Source of the DNA: Thermoanaerobaculia bacterium
GTDB lineage: Bacteria; Acidobacteriota; Thermoanaerobaculia; Gp7-AA8
Direction of reading: 5' to 3'
DNA: 64,000 nucleotides
Assembly (NCBI GenBank): GCA_041748075.1
Contig: JBGTDX010000083.1
Location: forward strand, 16,383-80,382
The notes beneath the pieces are model-generated. The model made no database searches and was not told where the DNA came from. It was given only the letters and a program-made list of their open reading frames with translations. This document shows positions 20,340 through 30,704 of the stretch, piece by piece; position 1 is the stretch's first letter, and each line of letters starts with the position of its first letter. The position numbers were made by a program, and so were the translations under genes.

Positions 20340-20499
20340 CATGAGAGGTTTATGAGATTTTTGTGTGCCCGCTGTTTCGTCGATAGACCAGGTACTCGAT
20401 CCCGCCCTGATCGCGAGCGAAGGATGGCCCAATTCCAGCCACGGGCCGTTCCTTCCTGGTCCGCGCCGTTCCTCGCGTCAATTTGATGAACAGTACCTT
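20340..20499 (-). pseudogene. remnant of a gene 3' end homologous to the C-terminal tail of the kinase at 23496..26708
   Basis: The minus-strand translation ...RPVAGIGPSFARDQGGIEYLVYRRNSGHTKIS* parallels RPGWSWTWLGVSHPELARDEGRIEYMTYRRNSGSQ... The nucleotide similarity continues through the spacer into the next start codon. Confidence 0.4.
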
Positions 20500-23484
20500 T
20501 TACGAGTTCGGTGCTGGTTTGACCAAAGTAATCGTTTCCTCGGTGGAGACTTCGTTGGCGGTGCTGGAAGATCTGTCCAAGGTTTGAAATAGCGTGCCCA
20601 TCTGACTGAGGTCGCGGAGGACTTCGTTTCCATTGCGGAGTCGCCGGTCGAGGCTGGGGTCGATCATTCGCTCGATCAACGACGTGAGCTGCGAAGGAAT
20701 ACGCGCGTCGGGCACTTCCGGTCTGGTGGAAAGAATCTCCAGAGCCAGATTGGTCGAATCGTGTGATTTCCAGGGGCGACGTCCCGTGAATATCTCGCTT
20801 AGCACGATTCCGAACGACCAGACGTCCGCGCGAGAGTCGACCGACTCGCCTCGCAACTGCTCCGGCGAAATGTACGGCAAGGATCCGAGCACCCGCTGCT
20901 GCGACGTGATTGATGTCGTCCCCGCCGAACGTGCGATCCCGAAGTCAAGAAGAACGGTCCGGCCGGATCGGGTGAGCATGACATTCGAGCTCTTCACATC
21001 GCGATGAACTACGCCGGCCTGGTGAAGTGCGGCGAGCGCAGAAGCGACTTCCAGGGCCACCTGGTACGCTGTGAGTTGATTCCAGGATGACCGCCGGATC
21101 GACTCCGCCAGCGTGTCACCTTCGAGCAACTCCATGGCCAGATAGATGCGACCGTCATGCTCACCGCGCTCGAGGAGGCGCACGACATTCGGGTGGGCTA
21201 ACGAAGAGATCACCGCTCCTTCCCGTTCGAGGCGTTTGCGCGCTTCCTCTTTTTCGATCTCCAGCTCGGGAAGAAGCTTGATTGCCGCGAAGGAGTCGTC
21301 GTGAACGTTGACTGCGCGAAAGACTTCGCCCATGCCCCCGGATCCGATCTTCTCCATCAATTCGTAGGCGCCAATCCTCTGCTTCAGCCCATCGGCCAGA
21401 CCTCGAAGCGGGCGTCTGACGTCAGGGAGGGCCAGAAACCTCGTGTCGCCGACTTCGAATCGTTCATTGCGGAGGACGATCGTCGACCGATCGAGCAGAC
21501 GCTGCACGCCGACGCCGATCTGGATTTCCGAGGTTTTGATGCCCGCGTCAAGAAACATTTGCTTCAACCCTTCGATCAGCGCTTCCTTCGAGTCGAGCTG
21601 AGCTGTCGTCAGGCGAGTGATCCCGGCGAAAATGAGACGACTGTGGCGATCGAGCATTCGCCAGTCTGACTCCGCCACGCGAAGTGTACGCAACCTCTGA
21701 TTCTCGATTCCCACAGAGAGCTGACGCGCAACGTCGAGGAGAAATTCTTCATCTCGAGCATCGAACTCCTCGTCGGAGAGTTTCCAGCCGATTCCGATGA
21801 GGGCAACGAGCTCTCCGGTCACTCGGACGGGAACAATCAGACTCGCCTGCGTTCGTTGAATCGTGGCGCTGTCCTCGTCGCTGAGACCTCCGCCGGAGGC
21901 CCGAAGGATCGAGGAGAGATCGGCCAGGGAGCTCGTGGAGCTGATGGTCGTGTCTCGCACGTCAACGTCCACGAGCCCGGCCTGAGCCGCCACGTGGAAG
22001 AAGGGCATGAAGGGCTCACGGCTGAAGATCACGATGGATCGAGCTCGCAACGTATCGCAAAGATGGAGGGCGACGCTGTGAAAGAGCACGTCCGTCGTCG
22101 ATGCCTTGAGGATCTCTTCGCTGACCACTCGTAGCGCTTCAGCGTGTTGATAGGGCTCGCGGAAGAATCTCTGATCGACGACCCGTTGAATCCTGTTCTT
22201 CAGGGGGACGAAGATCCCGGCGATTGCCAGCGTGGAGACAATGGTTACTGTCTGGTTCTGCAGGCCCGATGAGGCCACGAACAACCGTCCCAGAACAGCC
22301 ACGAGCCCGACGTAAAGGAGGATCAATATGACACTCAGCGCGGAATACGCGATCGTCTTCTTGATGAGTCTGTCGATTCCGAGCAGGTTGCGTTTCAGGA
22401 TGGCGAAGGCAAAGGTAATCGGAATGATCATCAGACCTCGAGGATCGATTCCGAATTGGATTTCGTTCATTCCTTCTTCTTCGCTGATTCGAAGATTCAT
22501 GACCGTCGGAAGCAACACGGAGACAATGATTCCAACGATGATTCCCCAGACTGGCCAACGGATCTGGCGTTTCTCCTCCAGACTCGATTGGCGATAGGCC
22601 TTGATGAGATTGACGGGGGCCAGAATGAAATAGGCGATCCCCGAAAGGATGAAGCCTACGAGGCCGACCAGCGCGGGCGTCGGCATGTCAGTCCCCATCG
22701 CATCGATCGTGCCGAAAAAGAGCAAGGCGAACGCCGCGGGGAGGAGGTACAGCGCCGGCTTGAGTGCCGGCTTTCTCTCCACCAGCGGCCGCGGACGGGG
22801 GAAGATCAGACTGAGGTGCAGCGTCATGGCCGGGATGAAAACCAGGATGGATAACACCGAGAAGAGCATCAACACGACGAGAAGAGGATCCTTTACTGCG
22901 TTAGCGACAAGCCTCTCCGCAGCGGGAGACAAAGCGAGAATTCCGAGAAATCCGCACAACCAGTGGAACAGACGTGCGCGCGCATCACCTAGTTTTCGAT
23001 AGTGCACCAGAGTCCCCAGCCCGAGGAGGAATGCGGCCATGAGCGACCCGGAGATGAGCGAGATGATGAAGAAGCGCGAGTCGATGAGCCGTCGCGGAGT
23101 CACCGTGACCTCGCGTTCTCCCGTGATCTCGGCCTTTCCGCGCTTCTGTTCGACGCGGCCGAAAACATAGCGCCGCGGCTCGCCCGTGAATAGCCTCGTT
23201 GCACCGGCCTTGCCCGGCGAACGATGATCGATCTGGAGAAGAAGCTCGCCACTGCGCACTCCGGCGTCGTCGGCGGGACTATGCTTGTCGACGTCGATCC
23301 ACACCGACTGATCACCCTCCGGTTCCTGGCGGAAACGGATTCCGTCCCAGGCAGACCGGTAGAGAATCGTGACGGCGATCGACAGCGTGGCAATTGCCAG
23401 GACGCCGAGGACACCACTGGCGATGAGAAACGCTCGAAGTTCTGTGGCCATTGATCCCTGACTTGGAGATTCGATCGGAACCAT
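20500..23484 (-). CDS. membrane sensor Ser/Thr kinase: N-terminal TM, periplasmic PDZ-like segment, about 8 TM helices, GAF-like domain, C-terminal Hanks kinase
   Basis: The kinase motifs are at the C-terminus (GSGGMGEVFRAVN, HRDVKSSNVMLT, DFGIARS). The N-terminal two-thirds is polytopic. Confidence 0.8.
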   Translation of the reverse strand: MVPIESPSQGSMATELRAFLIASGVLGVLAIATLSIAVTILYRSAWDGIRFRQEPEGDQSVWIDVDKHSPADDAGVRSGELLLQIDHRSPGKAGATRLFTGEPRRYVFGRVEQKRGKAEITGEREVTVTPRRLIDSRFFIISLISGSLMAAFLLGLGTLVHYRKLGDARARLFHWLCGFLGILALSPAAERLVANAVKDPLLVVLMLFSVLSILVFIPAMTLHLSLIFPRPRPLVERKPALKPALYLLPAAFALLFFGTIDAMGTDMPTPALVGLVGFILSGIAYFILAPVNLIKAYRQSSLEEKRQIRWPVWGIIVGIIVSVLLPTVMNLRISEEEGMNEIQFGIDPRGLMIIPITFAFAILKRNLLGIDRLIKKTIAYSALSVILILLYVGLVAVLGRLFVASSGLQNQTVTIVSTLAIAGIFVPLKNRIQRVVDQRFFREPYQHAEALRVVSEEILKASTTDVLFHSVALHLCDTLRARSIVIFSREPFMPFFHVAAQAGLVDVDVRDTTISSTSSLADLSSILRASGGGLSDEDSATIQRTQASLIVPVRVTGELVALIGIGWKLSDEEFDARDEEFLLDVARQLSVGIENQRLRTLRVAESDWRMLDRHSRLIFAGITRLTTAQLDSKEALIEGLKQMFLDAGIKTSEIQIGVGVQRLLDRSTIVLRNERFEVGDTRFLALPDVRRPLRGLADGLKQRIGAYELMEKIGSGGMGEVFRAVNVHDDSFAAIKLLPELEIEKEEARKRLEREGAVISSLAHPNVVRLLERGEHDGRIYLAMELLEGDTLAESIRRSSWNQLTAYQVALEVASALAALHQAGVVHRDVKSSNVMLTRSGRTVLLDFGIARSAGTTSITSQQRVLGSLPYISPEQLRGESVDSRADVWSFGIVLSEIFTGRRPWKSHDSTNLALEILSTRPEVPDARIPSQLTSLIERMIDPSLDRRLRNGNEVLRDLSQMGTLFQTLDRSSSTANEVSTEETITLVKPAPNS

Positions 23485-23495
23485 TTCTTCCCAGC

Positions 23496-26400
23496 CTAGT
23501 CCTTGCGAAACTGTACCTCGACGAGTCTGATTTCGCGCTGACTCCCGCTGTTTCGTCGATACGTCATGTATTCGATCCGGCCCTCGTCGCGAGCGAGCTC
23601 AGGATGGCTCACTCCCAGCCACGTCCAGCTCCATCCTGGTCTGGAGGGCAAGGTGTCGATCTCGATCACCGCTTCCGACCACGGGCCCTCCGGACGGTCG
23701 GCGAGACGAATCTGGATTCGCTCGTCGAGAACCCGGCTTCCGACGGCCATGAATTTGCCGAGGAATGCATTCCAATGGACGCTGAAAATCCCCCGCTGAA
23801 TTCCTGCACTGAGAACCGGCTGCGCGTCCTTCCAGTCGCTGCTCCAGCGTCCGTGTGCCCCAAGAAACCGCCACGCAGAGCGGTCAAGGGCCGCGGCAAG
23901 GGGGACGCGCGCCAGTCGGCACGAAGCCTCGAGGCCGCGAGGCTCGCAGGCGTATGCGTACATCTGATCGCCGACGACCAGCGCCGCCGCTCCCCACGCC
24001 GGTTCATCCGGTCCGAAGAGCAGCGTTGGGGTATCCGTTTCCGGGCGAACCGCCGGCCGATCGCCCGTGAGACTCCCCCGGGTCCAGACGGCCAGAGACG
24101 TCCCGACGGACTCGTCGTCTCGCGGCGGCTGCCTCAGCATTCGACGGTAGAAGACGAGAAGGCGATCTCGCTCGCCGTCCGCGACGACCGCTGCGGGCGC
24201 GAGAATCCACCCCACCCCGCACGGCTCAACGCAGTTCGCGCCACTGTGCGCTGCGTTGAAGGCCGCTTCCTCCTTTGTCAACGGCAATAGCTCGCTCGGC
24301 ACGCCTGTTCCATCCTTCAACTCGTCGAGGACGTCGAGGCCCTTCCTGGCATCCAGCTTGTCCGTCCAGGCAAGAGTCGCTTGTCTCGAAGTCGAGCCCT
24401 TCCTCCCCGAACGTGTCGTTGTCGTCTCCCCGAAGACCCAGACGGACTCTCCGCCGAGACGCGCGCTGTAGCCTCCCTCGCGATCGACTACGGTCTCGTC
24501 GAAGTCGAGCGGTCCCATGTCGCGCGCCTCCTCGACGAAGATCACCGGCAGAAGAGCCTGCGTGCGGGCGGCGGCTTGGGGACGCCTCCAGGACCGATAG
24601 AGACTCGCGAGTCTGACGAGCGCCTGCTGCGTCGAGGCGTTGTTTCCGCCACGCTCTGTTTCCAGCACCGGGATCGCCTCCAGGAGCAGCGTCTCGGCCT
24701 CCCCGAACCGCTCGCGGGCGGTCAGGAACGCGCCGAGGTCTGACCGAAGCCTGGCCGCACGCGCGGATCGCTCCAGTCCAACTTCTCCCAGAAGGCTCAA
24801 TGCTTCGCGGAGGACCGGCTCCGCCGCGGCGTCGCCGACTTGCAGCAAGCGAGCACCGTTGCGCTCGAGAATCGTGGCCAGCGACCGCTGCGTTTCGAGC
24901 AGACTCGGCGCCCCCGGCGGGAGTACTCTTCTACGCCGCGCCAACGAGGCGCGGTAGACCGACTCGAGAGCCTCGTCATTCGCGTCGGCCGGCCGCAGCG
25001 ACTTGGCCTCGAGCCGCTCAACCAGACGCTCCATGAGCTCGATCATGTGCTCGTCCGCGCTGGCGATCTTCCCGCGCATCTGCGCCAGGATCCGCCGTCG
25101 CAACGCGTCAGCCTCTTCCGGGGCCAGCAGCTCCGTCATCAGGACGGCCGCATGGACTGCGTCGGGGTCGCCCCGATCGAGCGCCCGATCGACGAGCGTC
25201 AAACCCTCACGCATCAACTTCTCCCGCCCCTCATATTCGCTGCTCGAGGAGAAGAAGCCGTAACGAAACAACTCGAGCAGGAAGAGTCGGTTCACCGCAT
25301 ACGAGGCGAGGCCAGGACTCCCCTCTCCGAGCAGCGAATTGTGCAGATCCATCGCCTCGCCGGATAGCTTCACATAACGGCTGCGGTCTCCGAGCAGCGC
25401 CGCCTGCACCGACTGAGCCTCCAACGCGTTGCGAGCGGCCTCCGACTCGGCGCGTTGCTGCGCAGCTTCAGACCGAAAGTACAGGGAGGTGATCACCACG
25501 GCACCAGCGAGAAGGATGACCAACAACCCGGCCGCGGCCGCGAACGCAGCGCGATGCTTCCGGACGAGTTTCTTCAATCGATAGGAGCGACTCGGCGGGC
25601 CGGCCAGGACAGCTTCGTCGGCAAGGTGTCGTCTTGCATCGGCAGCCAGCTCGGATGCGGATTGGTACCTTCGGTCCGGATCCTTTTCCATCGCGCGCAG
25701 CGTGATCCACTCCAGTTCCCCGCGAAGCTGCCGGGCCAGAGAGCGGATGTCCGTGTGCCGCCGCCGCGCGATCTCCGGTGCTGAGTCCCCGAGACTGCCG
25801 AACTTCGTCGTCGGCCTCGGCGGCTCCTCCTCCTGGATGATGCGGAGCATCTCCACCGCCGCGGCCCGCCGAAGGGTGGCCGGATCGAAAGGAAGGGCGC
25901 CAACGAGAAGCTCGTAGAGCAGGACTCCAAGAGAGTAGATGTCGGTCCGGGCGTCGACGTCGAGCGCCGTCGTTCCCGCCTGCTCCGGACTCATGTACTC
26001 GGGGGTGCCCATCATGACACCCTGCTTGGTGAACAACGTCTGCTCGGTCAGTGTCTGGCCGGTTGCCGTGGCCAGCCCGAAGTCGATGACTTTCGGAACC
26101 GGGGTTCCATCGTCCGAGGACACCAGGACGTTCGACGGCTTGACGTCCCGGTGGATGACGCCTTTCTGATGGGCATGCTGAATTGCGTCGCAAACCTTCG
26201 TAAATAGAGCCAGCCTTTCTCGAAGTGGAAGACATCGCAAGTCGCAGTACTCGGTGATCCGGATGCCGGGCACGTACTCCATGACGAAGTACGGCCGTCC
26301 CTGATCCGTGGCGCCTGCGTCGAAGACTTTGGCCACGTTGGGGTGGTTCATGACGGCGAGAGCCTGACGCTCGGCAGCGAAGCGGGCCAGCACTTCGCGG

Positions 26401-26708
26401 GTGTCCATGCCCGGCTTGATCACTTTGAGTGCCACACGGCGGCGGATCGGCTCGATCTGCTCGGCGAGGTACACGATGCCCATTCCGCCCTGGCCAAGGA
26501 TCTGGAGGATCCGATAGTTGCCGACGTGAGTGGGGTGGTCAGTTGAAAGAAGTTGCGATTCTGCGGGAGCTCCCCCGGTAATGGTGGACTCGCCCTCTCC
26601 CTCATTGGGCGCGAGCTCCAGATTCTGCAGGCATTTCGGACAGAGTCCGTTCGCGATCTCCTTCGGAAGGGCGTCACCACAGTCGGGGCATCTTGGATCG
26701 GAGTTCAT
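23496..26708 (-). CDS. Ser/Thr protein kinase with an N-terminal zinc ribbon, a TM helix, a TPR-like helical region and a C-terminal beta-rich domain (DUF4185-like guess)
   Basis: CPDCGDALP...CPKCL zinc ribbon; GQGGMGIVYLAEQ, HRDVKPSNVLV, DFGLA. It lies 12 bp upstream of the next kinase. Confidence 0.85.
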   Translation of the reverse strand: MNSDPRCPDCGDALPKEIANGLCPKCLQNLELAPNEGEGESTITGGAPAESQLLSTDHPTHVGNYRILQILGQGGMGIVYLAEQIEPIRRRVALKVIKPGMDTREVLARFAAERQALAVMNHPNVAKVFDAGATDQGRPYFVMEYVPGIRITEYCDLRCLPLRERLALFTKVCDAIQHAHQKGVIHRDVKPSNVLVSSDDGTPVPKVIDFGLATATGQTLTEQTLFTKQGVMMGTPEYMSPEQAGTTALDVDARTDIYSLGVLLYELLVGALPFDPATLRRAAAVEMLRIIQEEEPPRPTTKFGSLGDSAPEIARRRHTDIRSLARQLRGELEWITLRAMEKDPDRRYQSASELAADARRHLADEAVLAGPPSRSYRLKKLVRKHRAAFAAAAGLLVILLAGAVVITSLYFRSEAAQQRAESEAARNALEAQSVQAALLGDRSRYVKLSGEAMDLHNSLLGEGSPGLASYAVNRLFLLELFRYGFFSSSSEYEGREKLMREGLTLVDRALDRGDPDAVHAAVLMTELLAPEEADALRRRILAQMRGKIASADEHMIELMERLVERLEAKSLRPADANDEALESVYRASLARRRRVLPPGAPSLLETQRSLATILERNGARLLQVGDAAAEPVLREALSLLGEVGLERSARAARLRSDLGAFLTARERFGEAETLLLEAIPVLETERGGNNASTQQALVRLASLYRSWRRPQAAARTQALLPVIFVEEARDMGPLDFDETVVDREGGYSARLGGESVWVFGETTTTRSGRKGSTSRQATLAWTDKLDARKGLDVLDELKDGTGVPSELLPLTKEEAAFNAAHSGANCVEPCGVGWILAPAAVVADGERDRLLVFYRRMLRQPPRDDESVGTSLAVWTRGSLTGDRPAVRPETDTPTLLFGPDEPAWGAAALVVGDQMYAYACEPRGLEASCRLARVPLAAALDRSAWRFLGAHGRWSSDWKDAQPVLSAGIQRGIFSVHWNAFLGKFMAVGSRVLDERIQIRLADRPEGPWSEAVIEIDTLPSRPGWSWTWLGVSHPELARDEGRIEYMTYRRNSGSQREIRLVEVQFRKD

Positions 26709-26796
26709 AAGGTCCCTCCCTCACCCTCTTCTAAAGAGACGCGAGAACGACGAAGTTCTCTAGTCATTGATTCCTGATCTGGAACTCGGTGTGAAA

Positions 26797-28629
26797 TCAT
26801 TTTAGGAACCTCGGAAGCGCCAATGTCAAGAAGGGAACATAGGTAATTGCCAGTACGCCGAGAAGTAGCACAAAGACAAACGGCAAGACCGCCAGCGCCA
26901 GCTCGCCTAACGGTTTGTTGAAGCGATAGGCCGAGATGAACAGATTCTCTCCAACCGGTGGCACGAGGAACCCGAGCTCGAGGTTCGCCAGGAAGATGAT
27001 CCCCAGGTGAATTGGGTCGATTCCGAAGGCGACTCCGAGCGGCAGGATCAGCGGGACGACGACGACGATGGCCGAATAGACATCCATCAATGCACCGACG
27101 ACGATCAGAAAGAGATTGAGCAGAAGCAGGAAGACAAGCTTCGATTCGATGTTCGCTGTCACCCACTCGACCGCGAGCTGGGGGATCTCTGCGTCGACCA
27201 GGTATCCCGTCAGGCCGAGCGAGACACCGAGGATGAGGAGAATGCCACCGACGAGAAGCCCCGAGTCGACGAAAACCGAGGTGAGCTTTGACGGACTGCG
27301 ATAGTCCCGATAGATCACCGTTTCGATGAAGAGTGCGTAGAGAGCAGTGACGGCTGCGGTCTCGACCGCGGTGGCAAGCCCTGTGAGCAGCGGCGCCAGA
27401 GCGACAACCGGGAGAAAAAGCTCCCATTTCGCTGCCCAGACTGCGCGAGCCGCGTCACCTGCGTTGAATCGCACATCATTGCTACCCCGCGGCTGCTGCG
27501 AACGGCCTAACCATCCGCTGAGCACCAGAAGCAGAAAGCCCGGTACTATCCCGGCGAGAAAGAGCTGGCTCATCTCCAGACCGGCGGCGATTCCATAGAG
27601 AATGAGGGGGAGACAGGGAGGGAAGAGGATCCCGAGCGCGCCGGCGCCGGTCAGTAGTCCAAGCGCAACGCGCTCGGAGTAACGCGCCTCGAGGAGAATC
27701 GGCAGGAGCAGACCCCCCAGAGCCAGGATCGTTACGCCCGACCCTCCGGTGAACGTCGTGAAGAACGCACACGCGAGCACGGTGACGATGGCCGGCCCGC
27801 CACGAACTCCCCCGACGAGCGTACGGAACACTCTCACAAGCCGCCCTGACGCGCCTCCTTCGGCCAGGATGTACCCGGCGAGAGTGAACAGCGGGATCGC
27901 CGGCAGCGAGGGGTTGACCACCAGAGAGTAGTGGCTCACCGCCATCGCGGCGAGCGGAATCTGCGCAGACCAGTAGGAGACGATCGCCGCTCCCCCGAGG
28001 ACGGCGAAGATGGGCGCGCCGAGAACCGCTGCGGCGAAGACCACGGCGAATCCGGCGAGGATCATGGAGTGACTCGAGATCTCGCCCTGGCTGACGAGAA
28101 GCATGACAAGCGTTGCCGCGCTCGTGATGAGCCGGGAAGACCACTGGTTGGATGCTGCCATGATGAGCCGCAACGCGATCAACCCGAAACCGATCGGAAG
28201 GATCGCCTGAATCACCCAGGTGGGCACTCCGTAGGCGAGCGTTCTCTCGTCCAGACGTTCGGTGAGAACGAATCGAGCGCTGGCGATGGCCAGTAGAGCG
28301 CTCACCGCCGCGCCAATCGAGCCGGCGACGATCCTGGCGACAGCAGCCCAGCGACCGTGCAGCAGGCTGCTCGTGGCCAGACTCAGGAGACGCCGCTCCC
28401 GCGCGGCGATCGCAGCGCCGATCATGCCGACGGCGAGCGTGCAGTGCTGCACGATCACACTCGCCCCGGAGACTCCCGTTCCGCGCAGCTTTCGCAGCAC
28501 GATCTCCGCGATCGGAACGGCGATCATCAGGAGCAACACGATGAGGAGGAGCCCGTTCTCGAGTTGCTCGAGCGGTCGAGTCTTCCTCGAGCGCACCTCG
28601 ACCATCGGGGAAAAAGCCAACTCGCTCAT
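26797..28629 (-). CDS. TRAP transporter fused small/large permease (DctQ-DctM fusion)
   Basis: 610 aa; an N-terminal DctQ-like four-TM module followed by a DctM-like 12-TM module. Confidence 0.85.
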   Translation of the reverse strand: MSELAFSPMVEVRSRKTRPLEQLENGLLLIVLLLMIAVPIAEIVLRKLRGTGVSGASVIVQHCTLAVGMIGAAIAARERRLLSLATSSLLHGRWAAVARIVAGSIGAAVSALLAIASARFVLTERLDERTLAYGVPTWVIQAILPIGFGLIALRLIMAASNQWSSRLITSAATLVMLLVSQGEISSHSMILAGFAVVFAAAVLGAPIFAVLGGAAIVSYWSAQIPLAAMAVSHYSLVVNPSLPAIPLFTLAGYILAEGGASGRLVRVFRTLVGGVRGGPAIVTVLACAFFTTFTGGSGVTILALGGLLLPILLEARYSERVALGLLTGAGALGILFPPCLPLILYGIAAGLEMSQLFLAGIVPGFLLLVLSGWLGRSQQPRGSNDVRFNAGDAARAVWAAKWELFLPVVALAPLLTGLATAVETAAVTALYALFIETVIYRDYRSPSKLTSVFVDSGLLVGGILLILGVSLGLTGYLVDAEIPQLAVEWVTANIESKLVFLLLLNLFLIVVGALMDVYSAIVVVVPLILPLGVAFGIDPIHLGIIFLANLELGFLVPPVGENLFISAYRFNKPLGELALAVLPFVFVLLLGVLAITYVPFLTLALPRFLK

Positions 28630-29675
28630 TTTGGCTCCGCGGCCTTCGGAGATGCGATCGGGCGGCGATATTCACTGAGAAGCCGTTTGACCTCGTCGAA
28701 GAGATCCACAGGCACGATCCGTCCGCGAATCATCGGATAGCTCTGTTCGGCCGCGCGCTGCCACTCGGCTTCGAACTGCGGGGGGACTTTGTGAACGCGG
28801 AGATCGCGCTTTTTCATCGCTTCGACCGCCTGGTCGCTTTCCAGTCGATTGCGCGCTTTCATCGTCCTTCCGGCATCCGCCGCGGCAGTCGCCAGCGCCT
28901 TTTGAGTTGCGGGTGGAAAGGTGTTCCATGCCGTTTCCGTGATCACGAAAGCGCCGACCAGCGGCGCCCAGTTGAGCTCCAGCATGTGCGGAGCCTGTTT
29001 GAACACCTGCGTGGCCAGGGCTACGTAGGGCGGCAAAGGAACGGCGTCGATCATTCCCATCTGCAGAGAAGGAAGAATGTCAGTGGTCTCGAGAGGAACC
29101 GGCCGGAACCCTGCAGCCTTGTAGATGTCAGTTGCCTCGACGTCACCCGCCCAGGTAAAGAGCTTGGTTCGCTTCAGGTCGTCAGGACGCAGGATCTCGC
29201 TCTTGGAGAAGAAACGCACCCACCCGGCATCTGCCCAGAAGAGAACGACGAACCCCTTGTCCCGGAGGCGTCGCTCCAGCCTCGGACGCAGTTTCTCGCC
29301 GATGAAATCGACCTCTTCGAGGGAGCGGAACATCATGGGCATGCTTTGCAGAGCTTCGACAGAGTCGTCGATCTCGGAGAGGCCGACCACGGTCAGTAGG
29401 CCGGCGTCGAGAGCGCCGTTTTTCATTCTCCGCACCATCTCCGCCTCTCCGCCCAGAGTTCCCCCGGGATAGATCTTCAGTACGACGTCATGCTTCTGCC
29501 ACTTCTGACCCATCTCGACGAGGATCTTGTCGAACGACGAATCTTTCGGCGCTACGGTGCCGAGCTTGATCCTCGCGGGCTTGTGGGCCGGCGTCTGCTT
29601 TGCTGACAGCGACATCGTGAACAACAGGGCAGCGGCTACTGACGATAGGGTGATTCGAAGTGATTTGCGCATCAT
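28626..29675 (-). CDS. TRAP transporter periplasmic solute-binding protein (DctP family)
   Basis: Signal peptide plus a DctP-like fold; 4-bp overlaps on both sides mark an operon. Confidence 0.8.
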   Translation of the reverse strand: MMRKSLRITLSSVAAALLFTMSLSAKQTPAHKPARIKLGTVAPKDSSFDKILVEMGQKWQKHDVVLKIYPGGTLGGEAEMVRRMKNGALDAGLLTVVGLSEIDDSVEALQSMPMMFRSLEEVDFIGEKLRPRLERRLRDKGFVVLFWADAGWVRFFSKSEILRPDDLKRTKLFTWAGDVEATDIYKAAGFRPVPLETTDILPSLQMGMIDAVPLPPYVALATQVFKQAPHMLELNWAPLVGAFVITETAWNTFPPATQKALATAAADAGRTMKARNRLESDQAVEAMKKRDLRVHKVPPQFEAEWQRAAEQSYPMIRGRIVPVDLFDEVKRLLSEYRRPIASPKAAEPK

Positions 29676-30616
29676 TCATCTCCGGTAGCTGAGTCGAGAA
29701 ACAGTTCGTCTGCACGTGAAAGAAGCCATCGCGCTCGCCGCTGGGCCAGGACGTTTTCGAGACGCCATTCAGGTCGGGCATTGGTGTCGACGGCGAGAGC
29801 GCGATTCAGCAACTCTTCGAACTCGCCGCGGTTTTGAGAAGGCAATGCGAAGATCTCGGCGGCTGACACGAAGGGTGAGGCCAACTTGCCTTGCGATAGC
29901 TGAACGGCACGATCGAAATGCGTCCGAGCGTTGACTGAGGCGTCGCGCGAGAGCGGGCCCTGCGCCGCGTCATAGCTCATCAGGAAGGAATCGATGGATC
30001 CCTCTCCAAATCCGGGCTCGAGCTCGGCAGCGCGGTCGATCATGGCCTTGGTGATGGGGAGATCGGCCAGCATCTCCAGGTCATCCATGCTGCGCGCGAT
30101 GGCCAGCCCCCATGAGGCGGCGGCCCAGTAGAGCGCGGGGACATCATTCTTGTTCGTGCGGGCCAGGGCCGAGGCGGGGTTAGCCATGAGTCGCTTTTCG
30201 AAGTCCTCACCGAGGGCGCGCAGGGCGTACTTGCGCGCGCGAAGATAGAGCCGCTTGGCGCGCTCGCGCTCGGCCGCGGCCGCCGCTGGATCGACCTCCT
30301 CCAGTTCGTCGGATGTCTGGTCGACCCAACCATAGCTGTACTGCATGAATCCTCGCGCCGCGGCCACGAGGAGTGGGCGATGATTCGGTGATTGCTCAAG
30401 GAGACTCTCGATCAGCTTCAGCGTGAAGGGGAGCGCCTGGCCGACCAGATCAGGATCGTCGTCGGCGGTGAAGGTTGATCCACCGCCGGCAATGACGTTC
30501 CCCACCTCGTTGACCGCGAGCGTTCGGAGCGAGCATCCGCCCGCGAACGACAACGAAAGAAGCAGCGCGAGAGTCCGGGCCAGAGTTCTATCTTCGAGTT
30601 TCCGCCAGTTCTGCAT
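29672..30616 (-). CDS. TatT-like TPR lipoprotein (T component of TPR-protein-associated TRAP transporters)
   Basis: Lipoprotein signal (LSFAGGCS). The helical TPR-like body resembles TatT. The start at 30616 (ATGCAG) has a strong AGGAGG RBS. First gene of the tatT-dctP-dctQM operon. Confidence 0.6.
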   Translation of the reverse strand: MQNWRKLEDRTLARTLALLLSLSFAGGCSLRTLAVNEVGNVIAGGGSTFTADDDPDLVGQALPFTLKLIESLLEQSPNHRPLLVAAARGFMQYSYGWVDQTSDELEEVDPAAAAAERERAKRLYLRARKYALRALGEDFEKRLMANPASALARTNKNDVPALYWAAASWGLAIARSMDDLEMLADLPITKAMIDRAAELEPGFGEGSIDSFLMSYDAAQGPLSRDASVNARTHFDRAVQLSQGKLASPFVSAAEIFALPSQNRGEFEELLNRALAVDTNARPEWRLENVLAQRRARWLLSRADELFLDSATGDE

Positions 30617-30704
30617 ACAATCCTCCTCGAACCAAGATAAGCATCGGTTGGCGGGCATTCGAAGTCTTGGAGGAATCCTTGTGTTTTCATGACTTCCGAG
30701 CGGC

